Part shown: in pieces, positions 25,284 to 33,783 of the stretch
Position numbering within the stretch: position 1 is the stretch's first letter
Layout of the letters: each line of letters begins with the position of its first letter
From: an uncultured Spirochaetaceae bacterium
Lineage (GTDB): Bacteria > Spirochaetota > Spirochaetia > SZUA-6 > DRHE01
NCBI GenBank assembly: GCA_964490725.1
Contig: CAZBDU010000013.1
Location: 8,633 to 72,632, forward strand
DNA length: 64,000 nucleotides
Direction: 5' to 3'
The notes under the pieces: model-generated
What the model saw: the letters and a program-made list of their open reading frames with translations, nothing else
Database searches by the model: none
What the model was told of the DNA's origin: nothing
Program-made: the position numbers and the translations under genes

Positions 25284-27143
25284 TCACTGCGCGTAAAGAT
25301 CGGCGGCGGCATCCTCGAGGCCCAGCTCCAGCAGGACCGCCCGGCTCGGCCTGCCGTCCGCCTCCCAGCGGCGCAGCCGGTAGTACCGTTCCAGCTGGGC
25401 CGCCAGGTCCGGCACCTTGCCCGCCGCACCCCCTTCCTTCAGGGGGGTCATGGCCCGCACCGGCATGGTGTCATCCTCCCTCCGTATCCCGCAGCGCCAG
25501 TTGTACGCTCGATGCAGAGCGTTGATCCGGTCTCCGATGCACAGCAGGTCCTCTGGCCTCAGCGCGGAGCCGGTGGCCGCCTTCAGCAGGGCGCAGAAAT
25601 CCGAGGGCTTCAGCAGCACGGTGGCGAAATAGCACAGCACGAGAGAGTCCAGGACGTGGGCCCAGTTTTGGGCGAAGCGAGTCATCTCCGCCTTTCCGGT
25701 GTCGCTCAACCGCGTGTATGTGCCCGTGAACCCCCACTCCGGGATCGGGTTCTCCCCCTCTTCGTAGAGGTCCGTCATACCATGCAGATGGCAGCCTCCC
25801 CGGGAAGCGGTGGCGTAGTTGGAGGCCCACGCGAACCCGGCCCGCGCGTCGTGCATGGGAAGCTCCAGGCCCTTGACCTGCACCGCCCACTCCTTCGAGC
25901 CTCCCCCCAGCTTCTGCGCCAGCCTCCTGGTGCCCAGTCCCAGGAGCCTTCCCGCCCCTTCGCCTCGGCCGATCTTTTCGATCATACGGATCAACGCCTC
26001 CGCGCTGCCCCAGCGCAGCTCGATCCCATCCAGATCCTGGCTGGCGAGCAACCCCTTCTCGACGCATTCCATGGCAAAGGCCAGGGTGGAGCCGGTGCTG
26101 ATCGCATCCAGGCCGTAGAGGTTGCAGAGATGGTTGGCGTAGCAGACCGCCCGCACGTCCAGCACCATGCAGAGGGTTCCCAGCGCCGCCGTGCTCTCAT
26201 ACTCCGGGCCGGGAGCGTCCATCCTGTAGGGACCCTCCTCGATGCGGGTCCAGCGAGCGCAGCCGATGGTACAGCGGTGGCAGGCGGAGTGTCTCCTGGG
26301 CATGAGCTCGTAGATTCTCCGCCCTCCAATGGCCGTGCACACCGCTTCGGTGGAGCCCACCGACCAGTTCTTCACCGGGATGTCGCTGATCGCCCAGCGG
26401 CTGTCCAGCACGTCCGCCGTGCCGTACTTCCTGAGCGCCTCCAGGTCAGGGTCCGTGGCGTTGCGCCGGTTGATCGCCCGGGCCAGCTCCGTGAAGCCCT
26501 CCGGGTCGGCCAGCTGCACCTCCGCCGAGCCCCGCACCGCGATGGCCTTCAGCCGCTTGGCGCCCATGACCGCCCCGCCGCCGCCCCGGGCCGCCGCCCG
26601 GGCGTCGTCGTTGAGGATGGCACTGTACAGCACCCCCTTCTCCCCGGCCGGGCCGATCACCGCCACCCTGACCCCGCGCTGGCCTATCTCTTGCCTGATA
26701 TCCTCCTGGGCCGCGAAGGTGTCCTTACCCCAGTGTTGTGAGGCAGCGCGAATCTCCGCCTTCCCCTCCTCGACGTACAGATACACCGGCTCCGACGCGG
26801 CCCCTTCCACGACCAGCCCGTCGTAACCTGCCCTGCGGAGCGCCGTTCCCCAGTGTCCGCCAGAGCTGGAGTCGCAGAGCATCTCGGTCAGGGGGGCCTT
26901 GAAAACCACCTGGTAGCGCCCAGAGGTGCCCAGGGAGGTGCCCGTGACCGGTCCGGTCATGAACAGGAGCCTGTTCTCCGGCCCCAGCGGATCGGCCTCC
27001 GGAGGGATCTCGTCATAGGCCAGCCGGATTCCCATCCCGGAGCCCCCAATGTAGTTCCTGGCGTGCTCCGGTGAGACAGGCTCCTCGGCGATCCTCCCGG
27101 AGCCGAGATTCACCCGCAGCAGCTTTCCCATGTAGCCCTTCAT
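25284..27143 (-). CDS. Tungsten-type aldehyde:ferredoxin oxidoreductase (AOR family)
   Basis: 619 aa. MGKLLRVNLGSG..YIGGSGMGIRL..FMTGPVTGT N-terminus. 4Fe-4S Cys motif CHRCTIGC. AAGGAGG SD. Confidence 0.92.
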   Translation of the reverse strand: MKGYMGKLLRVNLGSGRIAEEPVSPEHARNYIGGSGMGIRLAYDEIPPEADPLGPENRLLFMTGPVTGTSLGTSGRYQVVFKAPLTEMLCDSSSGGHWGTALRRAGYDGLVVEGAASEPVYLYVEEGKAEIRAASQHWGKDTFAAQEDIRQEIGQRGVRVAVIGPAGEKGVLYSAILNDDARAAARGGGGAVMGAKRLKAIAVRGSAEVQLADPEGFTELARAINRRNATDPDLEALRKYGTADVLDSRWAISDIPVKNWSVGSTEAVCTAIGGRRIYELMPRRHSACHRCTIGCARWTRIEEGPYRMDAPGPEYESTAALGTLCMVLDVRAVCYANHLCNLYGLDAISTGSTLAFAMECVEKGLLASQDLDGIELRWGSAEALIRMIEKIGRGEGAGRLLGLGTRRLAQKLGGGSKEWAVQVKGLELPMHDARAGFAWASNYATASRGGCHLHGMTDLYEEGENPIPEWGFTGTYTRLSDTGKAEMTRFAQNWAHVLDSLVLCYFATVLLKPSDFCALLKAATGSALRPEDLLCIGDRINALHRAYNWRCGIRREDDTMPVRAMTPLKEGGAAGKVPDLAAQLERYYRLRRWEADGRPSRAVLLELGLEDAAADLYAQ

Positions 27144-28141
27144 CTCACCCCTCCTTTGCGCTTCTTGTCTCTCGCGAGAACGGTCCGGCGGCCTTCATCT
27201 GCCCCTCTCCTGTGCACTTCTTTTTTCTCAAGGGCCTCCCGGGCGGCCCGGGCGATATCTTGCGGACCCAGGCCGCAGAAGTCCCACAGGCTCTCCGGAT
27301 CAGGGCCGGTACAGACGAAGGTATCCCGGATACCTACCGGAACCGCCGGCGTGGGCCTCTCCCGGCTCAGCGCCTCGGCTACGGCGCCGTAGAGCCCCCC
27401 GACGATCGAGTGCTCCTCCACTGTGACCAACGCTCCCGTCTCTGCGGCAGCGCGGAGGACCAGCTCTCTGTCCAGGGGCTTGAGGGTGTGGATCTCCAGC
27501 ACTCGGGCGGAGATCCCCTCCCGCTCGAGCAGCTCGGCAGCCTCCAGGCTGCGGTGCACGGCAATTCCGGTAGCCACCAGGGTGAGGTCTCTGCCCTCCC
27601 TGAGCGGGCGCCCTTTGCCGATCTCCACGGCGCTATTCCGGCCAGGAACCGTCGGAACATCCGCCCGGCTGATGCGCAGGTACACCGGGCCGGGGTACTC
27701 CGCAACGGCTGGAATCAACTCCTTCAGCTCCGCGCCGTCGGTGGCGGTGACCACCGTCATGTTGGGCATGGCCCTCATGACGGCCAGATCGAACACCGAG
27801 TGATGGGTGGGACCGTCTTTGAAATCGGACACCCCCGCATAACCGGCCAGCAGCTTGACGTTGGCGCGGTTGTAGGCCACGCAGGTACGGATTTGCTCCA
27901 ACCCCCGGTAGCAAAGCATCGCAGCGAAGGCGCTGACGAAAGGGATCTTGCCGGCCAGGGCCATCCCCACCGCCGTGTCGATCATCCCGGGCTCGGCGAT
28001 CCCGACATTGAAGAACCGCTCCGGGTGCGCCTCGCGGAACAGGATGGTCATGGTGGAGTTGGAGGCATCCGCATCCAGAACCACTACGTTGCCGTTCAGG
28101 TGTCCGTAGTCCGCCAGGGCCCGGCCTAGCTCCTTCCTCAT
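27140..28141 (-). CDS. Transketolase, C-terminal (pyrimidine-binding) subunit
   Basis: MRKELGRALADYG..FFNVGIAEPGMIDTAVGMALAGKIPFVSAFA..GPTHHS.. ATGA overlap with the N-terminal subunit gene. Confidence 0.9.
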   Translation of the reverse strand: MRKELGRALADYGHLNGNVVVLDADASNSTMTILFREAHPERFFNVGIAEPGMIDTAVGMALAGKIPFVSAFAAMLCYRGLEQIRTCVAYNRANVKLLAGYAGVSDFKDGPTHHSVFDLAVMRAMPNMTVVTATDGAELKELIPAVAEYPGPVYLRISRADVPTVPGRNSAVEIGKGRPLREGRDLTLVATGIAVHRSLEAAELLEREGISARVLEIHTLKPLDRELVLRAAAETGALVTVEEHSIVGGLYGAVAEALSRERPTPAVPVGIRDTFVCTGPDPESLWDFCGLGPQDIARAAREALEKKEVHRRGADEGRRTVLARDKKRKGGVR

Positions 28142-28980
28142 GACCTGCCCGCTCCCGAGAGCTCCCGTCTGGCTTGCTCCATCTGCTCTCCCGTCGGCGC
28201 CGCCCCGTGCCAGGCATGGGCGTTCTCCATGAAGCTCACCCCCTTTCCCTTCACCGTGTGGGCTACGATCATCGCTGGCCGGTCGTGGATTGTCTCCGCT
28301 TCGTCGAGAGCCTCCAGGATATGGCGCATGTTGTGACCATCGATCTCGATGACCCCCAAGTTGAAGGCCTTCCACTTGTCCACGAGGGGCTCCAGAGGCA
28401 TGATCTCGTGCACGAAGCCGTCCAGCTGTACGTCGTTGTAGTCCAGGATCAGGGTCAGGTTGCTGAGATGGTACTTGGCCGCGGTCATCGCCCCCTCCCA
28501 GATGACCCCCGCCTGGCACTCCCCGTCTCCCAGCAGCACATAGGTGCGGAAGCGCCGGCCGTCGAGCCTGGCCGCCAGAGCCAGCCCGGCGCCCACGTTG
28601 ATGCCGTGTCCCAGGACTCCGGTGGTCATGTCCACGCCCGGGGTCTTGAGGCGCTCCGGATGTCCCTGCAGGTGGCAGTCCAGCTTTCCCCAGTTTCCCA
28701 AGTCGCTCTCCGGAAAGAACCCCCTCGCGGCAAGAGCCGCATAGAGAATGGCGCTGGCGTGTCCCTTGCTCAGGATGAAACGGTCCCGGCCGGGATCCTC
28801 CGGCAGGGCAGGATCGACGCGCAGCTTGTGGAAGTACAGGGCCGTGACGATGTCCGCTGCCGACAGGGAGCCGCCGGGATGACCGGCTCCTCGCCGCCAG
28901 ATCATCTCCAGCGCGGTGATGCGCAACCGCCGGGCCGTGTCCTCCAGACAGGCGATGAGCCTTTCTCCGTGGTGTGGCAT
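28138..28980 (-). CDS. Transketolase, N-terminal (TPP-binding) subunit
   Basis: 280 aa. GAGHPGGSLSAADIVTALYF..RDRFILSKGHA..LGDGECQAGVIWE. Confidence 0.9.
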   Translation of the reverse strand: MPHHGERLIACLEDTARRLRITALEMIWRRGAGHPGGSLSAADIVTALYFHKLRVDPALPEDPGRDRFILSKGHASAILYAALAARGFFPESDLGNWGKLDCHLQGHPERLKTPGVDMTTGVLGHGINVGAGLALAARLDGRRFRTYVLLGDGECQAGVIWEGAMTAAKYHLSNLTLILDYNDVQLDGFVHEIMPLEPLVDKWKAFNLGVIEIDGHNMRHILEALDEAETIHDRPAMIVAHTVKGKGVSFMENAHAWHGAAPTGEQMEQARRELSGAGRS

Positions 28981-28994
28981 GACTGGCCTCAGAC

Positions 28995-29010
28995 AGCAAG
29001 AAATGTGCCA
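28995..29010 (-). promoter_or_regulatory. Sigma54 (-24/-12) promoter of the transketolase-AOR-glpK-permease operon
   Basis: The minus strand reads TGGCACATTTCTTGCT, a perfect TGGCAC-N5-TTGC, and is 13/16 identical to the element at 16929-16944. The -12 GC is only ~16 nt from the ATG at 28980. Confidence 0.6.
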
Positions 29011-29095
29011 AATCCTGGCGCTCCCGTGCTGTAAACCCTTATGCTAAAGGGAGTTGTCAGCCGAAAATGGAAGACGGTTACCGCCGCCGGGTGAA

Positions 29096-29143
29096 TGTAT
29101 AACTCTTATACAAACCAGCCTGGCTGTGTACAATACCGCTACA
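29096..29143. promoter_or_regulatory. Two TGT-N11-ACA dyads (TGTATAACTCTTATACA, TGTACAATACCGCTACA), candidate UAS sites
   Basis: Dyads at 29096-29112 (perfect 7-3-7 palindrome) and 29127-29143, centres 31 bp apart, starting 86 nt upstream of the -24 T. This is the same geometry as at 17030-17077. Confidence 0.5.
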
Positions 29144-29636
29144 GTCAGGTGCGCGGAAGACGCACTTTGTTGAATCGAGGCGGGATTGGACGTGCCCCTG
29201 CGGAGACGGTCCCGACGGATGAGCAGATCGACGGCCAGGGCGCCTACGACACGGGTCATGCTTTGCTACCGGCTCGTATTCCCCATCGGCCCCTTCAGCC
29301 ATAACCTCAAGCTTGGCTTCTCCTCATGTTGCTAAAGCAGGCAACGCCTGCAGGAACGCCTGGTTCCGATCGCTCTGTTTCAGGCCGGGCCGGGCTCGAG
29401 CTGGAAACGGCAGCACCGCCCGGTCCAGAGAGTCTCCTCCACCCGAAAGCCTCTGGCCGGCGAAAGAGCTCCGGCCAGCGCCCGGAAAGGATTGATGCAG
29501 TACAGCTCGCAGGGCCGACCTTGGGTCTTGCGGAGGATTCCACGGTCTTGGAGGCGAGGCTTCCAGAGCACCAGGTGCCGGCCCCTTCGACTGTTCACCG
29601 ATCTGTGTCGACCGCACCTGCGGAAAGTCGCCATTG

Positions 29637-29665
29637 TTGACTGGATTGAAAACTTGACCTAATAT
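29637..29665 (+). promoter_or_regulatory. Sigma70 promoter TTGACT-17 nt-TAATAT for the toxin-antitoxin operon
   Basis: Read directly. The -10 ends 6 nt before the GTG start at 29672, which implies a leaderless or very short-leader mRNA. Confidence 0.5.
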
Positions 29666-29682
29666 GGTCTTGTGAAGACCAT
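29664..29682. promoter_or_regulatory. Perfect palindrome ATGGTCTT-GTG-AAGACCAT spanning the -10 region and start codon; candidate antitoxin operator
   Basis: 8-3-8 inverted repeat read directly. The central GTG is the antitoxin start codon. Confidence 0.45.
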
Positions 29683-29914
29683 AAACATCTCCGAATTCAA
29701 GAAGCACATGAGCGCGGAGCTCAGAAGAGTCAGGAACGGCGAGCGACTACTGATTTTCGACCGGGACAAACCGGTGGCCGAAGTCGTCCCATACCAGGAG
29801 TCTTCGAAGCGGCTCGTGGTCCGGCCGCCCCGGGGCCCCACAGCCCTTCCTGCCGTGAACGTCAAGACGGACGTTGACCCGCTCGGATTTCTGCTTGAGG
29901 ATCGGAAACGCTGA
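29672..29914 (+). CDS. Phd/YefM-family type II antitoxin
   Basis: 80 aa. MKTINISEFKKHMSAELRRVRNGERLLIFDRDKPVAEVVP. The stop overlaps the toxin ATG (TGATG). Confidence 0.8.
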   Translation: MKTINISEFKKHMSAELRRVRNGERLLIFDRDKPVAEVVPYQESSKRLVVRPPRGPTALPAVNVKTDVDPLGFLLEDRKR

Positions 29915-30330
29915 TGAGCTGCTACGTCGATTCGTCGATCGTCCTGCGGTACCTTCTCGGCATCGACCGCCAGCTCGAGAAGACCGAAAGATTTGAGGCG
30001 GCTGCCTCGAGCGAGCTTCTGCTGATCGAGTGCCCGCGCGTCCTCGATCGATACCGCCTTGAGAAGCTCCTGGACGACGACGCGCTCGTGCACGTCCTGG
30101 CGGCCTTCCGTGTCGTCGCGGAGGGCTTTCACATCATCGAGCTAACCGAAGCCGTCAAGGAACGGGCTGCCGAACCGTTCCCCACTGTGATCGGAACGCT
30201 CGACGCGCTCCACCTGAGCTCCGCAGCCCTCTGGTCTGAGAGGGAGGGCCGTCGCAGCGTGACGGTTCTCACGGCCGACCGGCAGATGGAGCGGTGCGCG
30301 CAAGCGATGGGGTTCGCGGTCGGCGCGTAG
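29914..30330 (+). CDS. vapC: PIN-domain ribonuclease toxin VapC
   Basis: 138 aa. Conserved acidic residues are in context: YVDSSIV, SELLLIE, GTLDALHLSSA, LTADRQM. Confidence 0.85.
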   Translation: MSCYVDSSIVLRYLLGIDRQLEKTERFEAAASSELLLIECPRVLDRYRLEKLLDDDALVHVLAAFRVVAEGFHIIELTEAVKERAAEPFPTVIGTLDALHLSSAALWSEREGRRSVTVLTADRQMERCAQAMGFAVGA

Positions 30331-30639
30331 CGGGAGGCTACTCTCCCCGGCCCCGCTCTCGGACGTCCTGGGGCCGGAAAAAGGAGCGGGGGACACGCCG
30401 AATCCTGCCTGCGGCGAACCCCCCCGGTGCCTGCGATGTCGCAGGGCTTGTCGGAATCTAGCGACTCGACGTTCTGGCCGACAAGACCACCAAGGCACAG
30501 ACACAGTGGTCGATTTCCGCCGGAGCAAAGCAACGATAGCCCTCCCTCTCCTATTCGAATCGATCATGATGATCTCGCGGTTGTATCTGCGACCGGCGCA
30601 ACCCTCGAGACCCTGGAGGCGCCGCCTGCCGCCGGCGCG

Positions 30640-30850
30640 CAGCGGGGTCGTCTTCCTGTCCATGCCGCTCGGAATGGGCCTGATGGGCTTCATAGCGGGT
30701 TGGTTCGCGAACCGCTTCAGCGCCCATCGCATCGCCGTCCTTGGCGCCGCGATCGTGGTGTGCGGCATCCCCACGCTCCCGGCGCTGTCGGCCGCCCACC
30801 CAGCGGGGGACCTCCTCTGGCGACTGGCGGGAAATGGGCCAGCAGGTCCG
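30640..30850 (+). pseudogene. Fragment of an MFS transporter (about 2 TM helices)
   Basis: GVVFLSMPLGMGLMGFIAGWFANRFSAHRIAVLGAAIVVCGIPTL..LLWRLAGNG sits inside track ORF 30506-31552. No remaining MFS helices are present on either side. Confidence 0.4.
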
Positions 30851-30997
30851 GAGGTTCCAGAGATGAAGACCGCCTCCGCGCTCCCGGATCGAGCCCTGTT
30901 CTATCGTGTGCGTGTCGATTTCGACCGCCGTCAAACGACTAGACGCCGTGAGCGCACCATACCCGCGGCAACCAGCTCTTACACGGAGACGCTTGGC

Positions 30998-31552
30998 ATG
31001 GCTACCAGGACGGTGGCTTCGATGATGCATGAGCCGGGCGATCCCCGTTGCCCCGTCGCGGGAACCTCGACCGGTGTCGACATCTCCCGCGATGGCACCA
31101 CGGTCGGCTACCGGCGGCTCGGGCAAGGCCCGGGCCTCGTGATCCTGCATGGCACCGCGTCGTCGGGATACAACCACCTGCGGCTCGGCGCGGCGCTGGC
31201 CGATGCCTTCACCGTCTGTCTTCCCGACCGCCGCGGCCGCGGCCTGAGCGGTCCCTACCGCGCCGATGACACCCTTCAGACCGAGGTCGAGGATCTCGAG
31301 GCGATCCTCAAGGCCACCGGAGCTCAGGATGTATTCGGCGTCAGCTCCGGCGGTATCGTCTCCCTCGAGGCAGCGCTGCGCCTGCCTGGGATCCGGCACG
31401 TCGCCGTCCATGAACCGCCGCTGTTCGCTGATCCGACGGTCCCACAGGCGGTGCTGAGGCGGTTCGACCACGCGCTCGCGCCAGCCCGTCTCCGGGGCAT
31501 GAGCGCCGTATCCATTACGAGGCCGGAAGGAGACACTCCATGGCCAGGCTGA
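30998..31552 (+). pseudogene. C-terminally truncated alpha/beta hydrolase
   Basis: GLVILHGTASSG..LPDRRGRGLS..DVFGVSSGGIVSLEAALRLPGIRHVAVHEPP, then it ends about 45 aa later. The Asp/His part of the fold is missing. The end is overlapped by the next gene, which starts at 31540. Confidence 0.6.
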
Positions 31553-32100
31553 TCTACTCGGCGATCACGTCCCTGGACGGCTACGTGGCGGACGAAGATG
31601 GGAACTTCGACTGGGCGGCGCCGGACGAGGAGGTCCACACTTTCGTCAACAACCTCGAGCGTCCCATCGGCACCTATCTCTACGGGCGCCGGATGTACGA
31701 GGTGATGGTCGGCTGGGAGACGGCACCGACCGTCGGCGAGGCGCCGTCCTTCATGCGTGACTTCGCGCAGATCTGGCAGGCGGCGGAGAAGATCGTGTAC
31801 TCCCGGACACTCGATTCGGTCTCGAGCGCCAGGACGCGAATCGAGCGCGACTTCGACCCCGACGCCATCCGTGAGTTGAAGGCAACGGCGAAGCGTGACC
31901 TGAGCGTCGGCGGTCCGCAGCTCGCCGCCCAGGCGATCGGCGCGGGCTTGGTCGACGAGATCCACCTGTTCCTCACCCCTATCATCGTGGGCGGCGGCAA
32001 GCCGTCCCTCCGCGACCACGTCCGCCTGGAGCTTGGGCTGTTCGACGAACGCCGGTTCGGCAGCGGAGTGGTCCACCTCCATTACGGCATCAGGACGTGA
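31540..32100 (+). CDS. Dihydrofolate reductase family protein (RibD C-terminal domain type)
   Basis: 186 aa. MARLIYSAITSLDGYVADEDGNFDWAAP..YLYGRRMYEVM..LSVGGPQLAAQAIGAGLVDEIHLFLTPIIVGGG. Confidence 0.85.
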   Translation: MARLIYSAITSLDGYVADEDGNFDWAAPDEEVHTFVNNLERPIGTYLYGRRMYEVMVGWETAPTVGEAPSFMRDFAQIWQAAEKIVYSRTLDSVSSARTRIERDFDPDAIRELKATAKRDLSVGGPQLAAQAIGAGLVDEIHLFLTPIIVGGGKPSLRDHVRLELGLFDERRFGSGVVHLHYGIRT

Positions 32101-32202
32101 GGAGTCGTCCACCTCGCCCGGGTGCGGGGAAGGTCGCTCCCTGGTTTCGTGGAGAGCGACTATGTCGCTTGACGGCTTCATCGCGGCCCAGGAGGCCGCA
32201 GG

Positions 32203-33534
32203 TCATTCCAGTTCCCGCAAACGTCTTCTCAGGAAGCGACGCTCCGGCTCCTGCCGGGTGAGCTCCAGGGCGCGGCGATAGGACTCCCTGGCCTCGGCCC
32301 TTCGTCCGAGCCGCCGGCAGAGCTCCGCCCTCGCCGAGTGGGCCAGGTGGTAGCCGGTCAGCTCCCCCCGCGCCCAAATGGCATCGATCCCATCCAGGCC
32401 GCCCTGCGGGCCGTCGCGCATGGCCACGGCGACCGCCCGGTTGAGCTCCACGACCGGCGAAGGATCGACCTGATACAGCAAATCGTAGAGATCCGCTATC
32501 CGCCCCCAGTCCGTCGCTCTGGCTGAAGCCGCTGAGGCGTGCACCGCGCCAATCGCCGCCTGAAGCGTGTAGGTTCCGACTCGACGGCTGGCCATGGCCC
32601 GCTCGACGAGGCCGATCCCTTCGGCGATCTGCTCTCGATTCCAGAGCCCTCGATCCTGCTCCTCCAAAAGGACCAGATCGCCGCCCGGAGTCGCCCGCGC
32701 CGCACGGCGCGATTCCTGGAGGAGCATGAGCGCGAGAAGGCCTATCGCCTCCCCGGCCGGAAGCAGCTCCACCAGCAGCCGGCCCAGCCGGATCGCCTCC
32801 CCGGACAGGTCGGCCCGCGTGAGCGACTCCCCCGAGGTCGCCGAATAGCCCTCGTTGAACACCAGGTAGATGACCTGCAAGACCGCCTCGAGGCGCTGCG
32901 GCAGATCCTTTTCCGACGGCACCTGGTAGGGGATGCCAGCATCGCGGATTTTCGCCTTGGCCCGCACGATGCGCTGGGCCACGGTGGCGGGGCTGGCGAG
33001 AAAAGCCCGGGCGATTTCTTCGGTGGTCAACCCGCACACCTCCCGCAGAGTGAGCGCGGGGCGTGCTTCGGCCGACAGGGCGGGATGGCAGCAGGCGAAG
33101 ATCAGCCGCAGCTGGTCGTCCGGCACCGCTTCCAGGGCCTGCTCCGCAGGATCTTCGACCGTTGGGAGCTTCTCGGCCAGGCTCGGGAGCCTGGAATTGA
33201 ACCGGGTGCGGCGCCGCATCGCGTCGATGGCTTTGAATCGGCCCGTCGAAATCAGCCACGCGCGAGGATTGGCGGGTATGCCCCGCTCGGGCCACTGCCT
33301 GGCCGCCGCCACGAAGGCATCGTGGAGTGCGTCCTCGGCGGTGTCGAAGTCGCCCAGCAGCCGGATGAGCGTCGCCAGGATCCGACGGGACTCGTCGTGA
33401 TACAACCTGTCCAAGGTCTCGCGTACGGCTTCCGCGGTGTGCTCCCTGCCGCGGCTCCGCAATCGAGGGATGGTGTGCTGATACGTCGTGTCACCGAGGT
33501 CTTCCACTCGTTTCACCCTCCGCTCCGCGCTCAA
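32203..33534 (-). CDS. ECF-type sigma-70 factor with long C-terminal (TPR-like/DUF6596-type) extension
   Basis: Region 2: [44 protein letters not shown]. Region 4: [36 protein letters not shown]. About 230 aa of C-terminal extension. The start codon (TTG at 33534 or a GTG downstream) is uncertain. Confidence 0.85.
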   Translation of the reverse strand: MSAERRVKRVEDLGDTTYQHTIPRLRSRGREHTAEAVRETLDRLYHDESRRILATLIRLLGDFDTAEDALHDAFVAAARQWPERGIPANPRAWLISTGRFKAIDAMRRRTRFNSRLPSLAEKLPTVEDPAEQALEAVPDDQLRLIFACCHPALSAEARPALTLREVCGLTTEEIARAFLASPATVAQRIVRAKAKIRDAGIPYQVPSEKDLPQRLEAVLQVIYLVFNEGYSATSGESLTRADLSGEAIRLGRLLVELLPAGEAIGLLALMLLQESRRAARATPGGDLVLLEEQDRGLWNREQIAEGIGLVERAMASRRVGTYTLQAAIGAVHASAASARATDWGRIADLYDLLYQVDPSPVVELNRAVAVAMRDGPQGGLDGIDAIWARGELTGYHLAHSARAELCRRLGRRAEARESYRRALELTRQEPERRFLRRRLRELE

Positions 33535-33783
33535 CGGATCGAATCACGCAAGTTCTATTGCCAAAATCGTATTATTTGAGTTGGAAAGCAAACATGGCAG
33601 TATGATGCTGGGACAGTCCGCACAGGCCGCGTTGGCCCGCCTCTGGAAACCAACGTCCAATCTGCATATGGCGATGGGTCCTCGGAATATCCCTTCCGGG
33701 ACAGGGTGGGAGGCGACTGGGGGCAGTCCGCCGATGGCCAGAGCGCGAGGGTGTGCCGCCGGCTTCGTGGATGCGGGCCCCGG

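Noticed and set aside
29150-29636. Several 60-130-aa ORFs on both strands (29307-29543, 29324-29707, 29326-29640, 29380-29634) in the gap upstream of the TA module.
   Set aside because: They overlap one another, have low-complexity translations, and show no SD or family motif. I tried all six frames looking for integrase/transposase relics and could not support any. Treated as non-coding or an unrecognisable relic.
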